DNA of 64,000 nt from an uncultured Clostridia bacterium (lineage in GTDB: Bacteria; Bacillota; Clostridia; Christensenellales; UBA1242): contig CANQEP010000001.1 in NCBI GenBank assembly GCA_947595235.1, positions 7,451 through 71,450 of the forward strand. The letters are read 5' to 3'. Position numbers and translations under genes: made by a program. Below the pieces are notes generated by a model. The model was given only the letters and a program-made list of their open reading frames with translations. It did not search any database and had not been told where the DNA came from. Of the stretch, positions 61,756-64,000 are shown one piece after another (position 1 is the stretch's first letter; each line of letters starts with the position of its first letter).

Positions 61756-64000
61756 CTATTGCCAATACGGTCTTCCGTCTTCATTAACTTTGCCCCAAAT
61801 ACGATTTGCTCTATCATCATAAATTTCAGATAAATAAGTTGAAAACTCAATAACCTCCCAAATACTGATACTATACTTAGAGGCTATTTCTTCTACATTT
61901 ACAAGAATACAATTATACAACCCTTCAATAGTAGCCATTTCATGTAAATATGGTCCTACACCAAAGGTTTCAGCGAATACATCTTCTAATAGGTCACATA
62001 AACTTTCAAAACTTATAAACTCAAATATTTCTTCAGGAAGAACTATTACGTCATAACCATCGTATATTAGTTGCGAAATGGCATTGAATAAGTCACCAAC
62101 GTTTTCTTCATCTTCATAGAGTCCAACTCTTTGGCAATTATAATGATGTTCCGTAAAAAGATTGAAATAGAAGTTAATTCTCTGTTGATAATCATTTGTA
62201 GTTACTTCACCGCCGTCATGCGTGAGATAATATATGAACCCGGCTCCAGACATTTGGGCCATGATTTCTTCAGTTGAATAATACTGAGGAAATCTACTAA
62301 GAATGACACAATCCCAAATGTGGTTTCCTTTGATGACCCACCCATCTCCAATACTATAATCTCCAATATCCTGAAGTCTATTATCACATAAAGTTGACAT
62401 CAAACCGAACTGCTCATAAAGTGATGTAACAAAATCACCATCATTATAATAACAATTGTTTGAGAAATACAAATCAGCCGCAACCACATTGTTGAAGTCA
62501 CTAACATTTGTAAAAGTGGTTCTTACAAAATCGACATTGTTATCTGGTCCCCAATTATATGCTAGGTATTCAAATGGGTCAATATTGTTTGTTGTATAAT
62601 ATTCTAATATACCACATGCCGATTCATAAACTTCAACAAATTTATAATTGTTGCCATCATATTCATCTGGATTCACTCCATCTATAAAAACATCGTTGAA
62701 TGCCATAATAATTGCTAAATCATATGGAGTCAAGATTTTATATTCCTCAACTGCGACTACAAGAGATTCCGGTTTTTTATCAAAGTACGCTGTTATTGTC
62801 ATTGAACTTGTCACCGTTCCAGAAGACAAACAACTCCAATGGTTAAACTCATAACCGCTATTTGCATTTGCGTGGATGGTTGTTCCGTTAATAGTCAAGA
62901 TGCTTCCACTTGTGCTGTAACTTGCACCATAAGAGACCTCTATCGACGACCTACTTACAGAGCCATAATTTGAGTTGTTTGGCTCAAAATATACAGTTAT
63001 TTTGTTTGGTGTTGCGGTATATTGCGCATAAAAGGTCGTATCCCCCGTTACCTTGTAACTAGAGATTGTTGAGCCACTTGAACTTGTTGACCAGCCACTA
63101 AAAGTGTAGATATAGTCATCCGTCGTCTTTCCGGCGACTTGTATCCACCACCCGCCAGACACCGTGACCTTTGAACTTGTAAGACTGATTGTTGTTCCAT
63201 AATATTCGTAGTCGTAGTTCGTGCTGTCTGCTCCACCATTCTTATCGCCCTTTGTTCCCGCATTGAACGTTACCTTATATTTTCTTGTGGATGTGGACCT
63301 TGTAAAGGTCGCCGTTATTGTTGTTGATGAGGTTATCGTTCCGCTGGTCTTTGACCAACTAGAAAAACTATACGAATACTCAGTCGAAGTTGAGGACCAA
63401 CTTGAGGCTGGCGTTGCGGTTACGCTTTGACCACCAATTGTTATTGTGCTTCCACTGGCGCTGATACTTGAGCCATATGGAACACTTATTGACGATGGAC
63501 TAACCGAGCCATAACTTGAGTCGTTAACTGAGAATGACACCGTGTAATACCTTGTTGATGTTGACTCACTGAAGTTGGCGGTTATGGTCATGTCGCTAGT
63601 GACCTTCGTTCCGCTATATGACCACCCCGTAAACGAATATGAATAGTTTGTTGTTGTACTTGACCAACTTGAGGCTGGCGTTGCAGTTACGCTTGTTCCA
63701 TTTATTGTTAATGTTTTTGAACTTGTTGAGATTGACGAGCCATAAGGAACATTTGTTATTTTCGACGCACTTACCGTGCCATAGTTCGAATTATTTGAAA
63801 CTATTGTAACAGTAAAGGTCTTTCCTTTTATAACAACATACCCGTTCTCAATGGCAAGTTCGTTTTCAACCGGCAAGTTGCTAACGCTGAGCCTGGACAA
63901 TGTAACGCTAGATATTCCGTCAAGTCTGGCCACGCGCGTTCCCACCGAAGTGCTTGCCACACGGATGTTAAAAGTTGCGCTTGGCTGGGCCTTAAGAGTT
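61756..64000 (-). CDS. Surface protein with four divergent InlB-B-type repeats and an unrelated acidic C-terminal module (5' end beyond the window)
   Basis: The frame is open to the window edge (the track GTG at 63960 is internal). ~90-aa repeats such as YTVSFSVNDSSYGSVSPSSISVPYGSSISASGSTITIGGQSVTATPASSWSS..YSFSSWS..TITATF. The last ~345 aa (61756-62790) are Cys/aromatic/acid-rich with no repeat. Confidence 0.65.
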   Translation of the reverse strand, partial: TLKAQPSATFNIRVASTSVGTRVARLDGISSVTLSRLSVSNLPVENELAIENGYVVIKGKTFTVTIVSNNSNYGTVSASKITNVPYGSSISTSSKTLTINGTSVTATPASSWSSTTTNYSYSFTGWSYSGTKVTSDMTITANFSESTSTRYYTVSFSVNDSSYGSVSPSSISVPYGSSISASGSTITIGGQSVTATPASSWSSTSTEYSYSFSSWSKTSGTITSSTTITATFTRSTSTRKYKVTFNAGTKGDKNGGADSTNYDYEYYGTTISLTSSKVTVSGGWWIQVAGKTTDDYIYTFSGWSTSSSGSTISSYKVTGDTTFYAQYTATPNKITVYFEPNNSNYGSVSRSSIEVSYGASYSTSGSILTINGTTIHANANSGYEFNHWSCLSSGTVTSSMTITAYFDKKPESLVVAVEEYKILTPYDLAIIMAFNDVFIDGVNPDEYDGNNYKFVEVYESACGILEYYTTNNIDPFEYLAYNWGPDNNVDFVRTTFTNVSDFNNVVAADLYFSNNCYYNDGDFVTSLYEQFGLMSTLCDNRLQDIGDYSIGDGWVIKGNHIWDCVILSRFPQYYSTEEIMAQMSGAGFIYYLTHDGGEVTTNDYQQRINFYFNLFTEHHYNCQRVGLYEDEENVGDLFNAISQLIYDGYDVIVLPEEIFEFISFESLCDLLEDVFAETFGVGPYLHEMATIEGLYNCILVNVEEIASKYSISIWEVIEFSTYLSEIYDDRANRIWGKVNEDGRPYWQ

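Noticed and set aside
1-64000. Prophage, integrative element or IS copies explaining the accessory loci
   Set aside because: I found no integrase, transposase, recombinase, phage structural or conjugation genes in any frame, and no tRNA attachment site. The accessory genes are interleaved with core genes.

Overview
Chromosomal window from a low-GC Gram-positive (Bacillota-like) genome. It holds about 60 protein genes, mostly on the minus strand. By eye I found no rRNA, tRNA, CRISPR array, transposase or integrase. Housekeeping blocks: valS (5' fragment at the left edge), a 3-gene ABC importer, dnaE-whiA-PHP-murB, uvrC, rpmE-prmC-prfA, T-box-led ileS, murC, rplM-rpsI, truA, PFOR (nifJ), a dinB with an SOS-box-like promoter and apparently leaderless mRNA, degV/DUF1836, pyrG, pepF-gmk, secG-like, pgk-tpiA, dus, a MurJ/SpoVB-type flippase and pyk. 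Accessory content falls into three groups. (i) Two paralogous signal-anchored beta-helix-repeat surface proteins (22204-23625 and 60059-61471). The first pairs with a divergent XRE regulator and a palindromic operator. The second sits behind a promoter whose spacer contains a G9 homopolymer (candidate phase switch), downstream of a truncated InlB-B-repeat protein with an AT-rich, foreign-looking C-terminal module. (ii) A SipW-type signal peptidase cluster plus three large surface proteins (44.7-53.6 kb). (iii) The most unusual item: an unrecognised modular repeat family whose hairpins covary, present three times (23931-24180, 59231-59418, 59621-59808). Two copies face each other as a ~190-bp inverted repeat around a 202-bp core inside a 1-kb gene-free region. 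That region also carries a 48-nt two-hairpin motif (three copies plus remnants) with a Shine-Dalgarno/anti-SD-like core. These could be structured sRNAs or type-I-toxin-like modules, a foldback element, or an invertible switch. I cannot name them from sequence alone.
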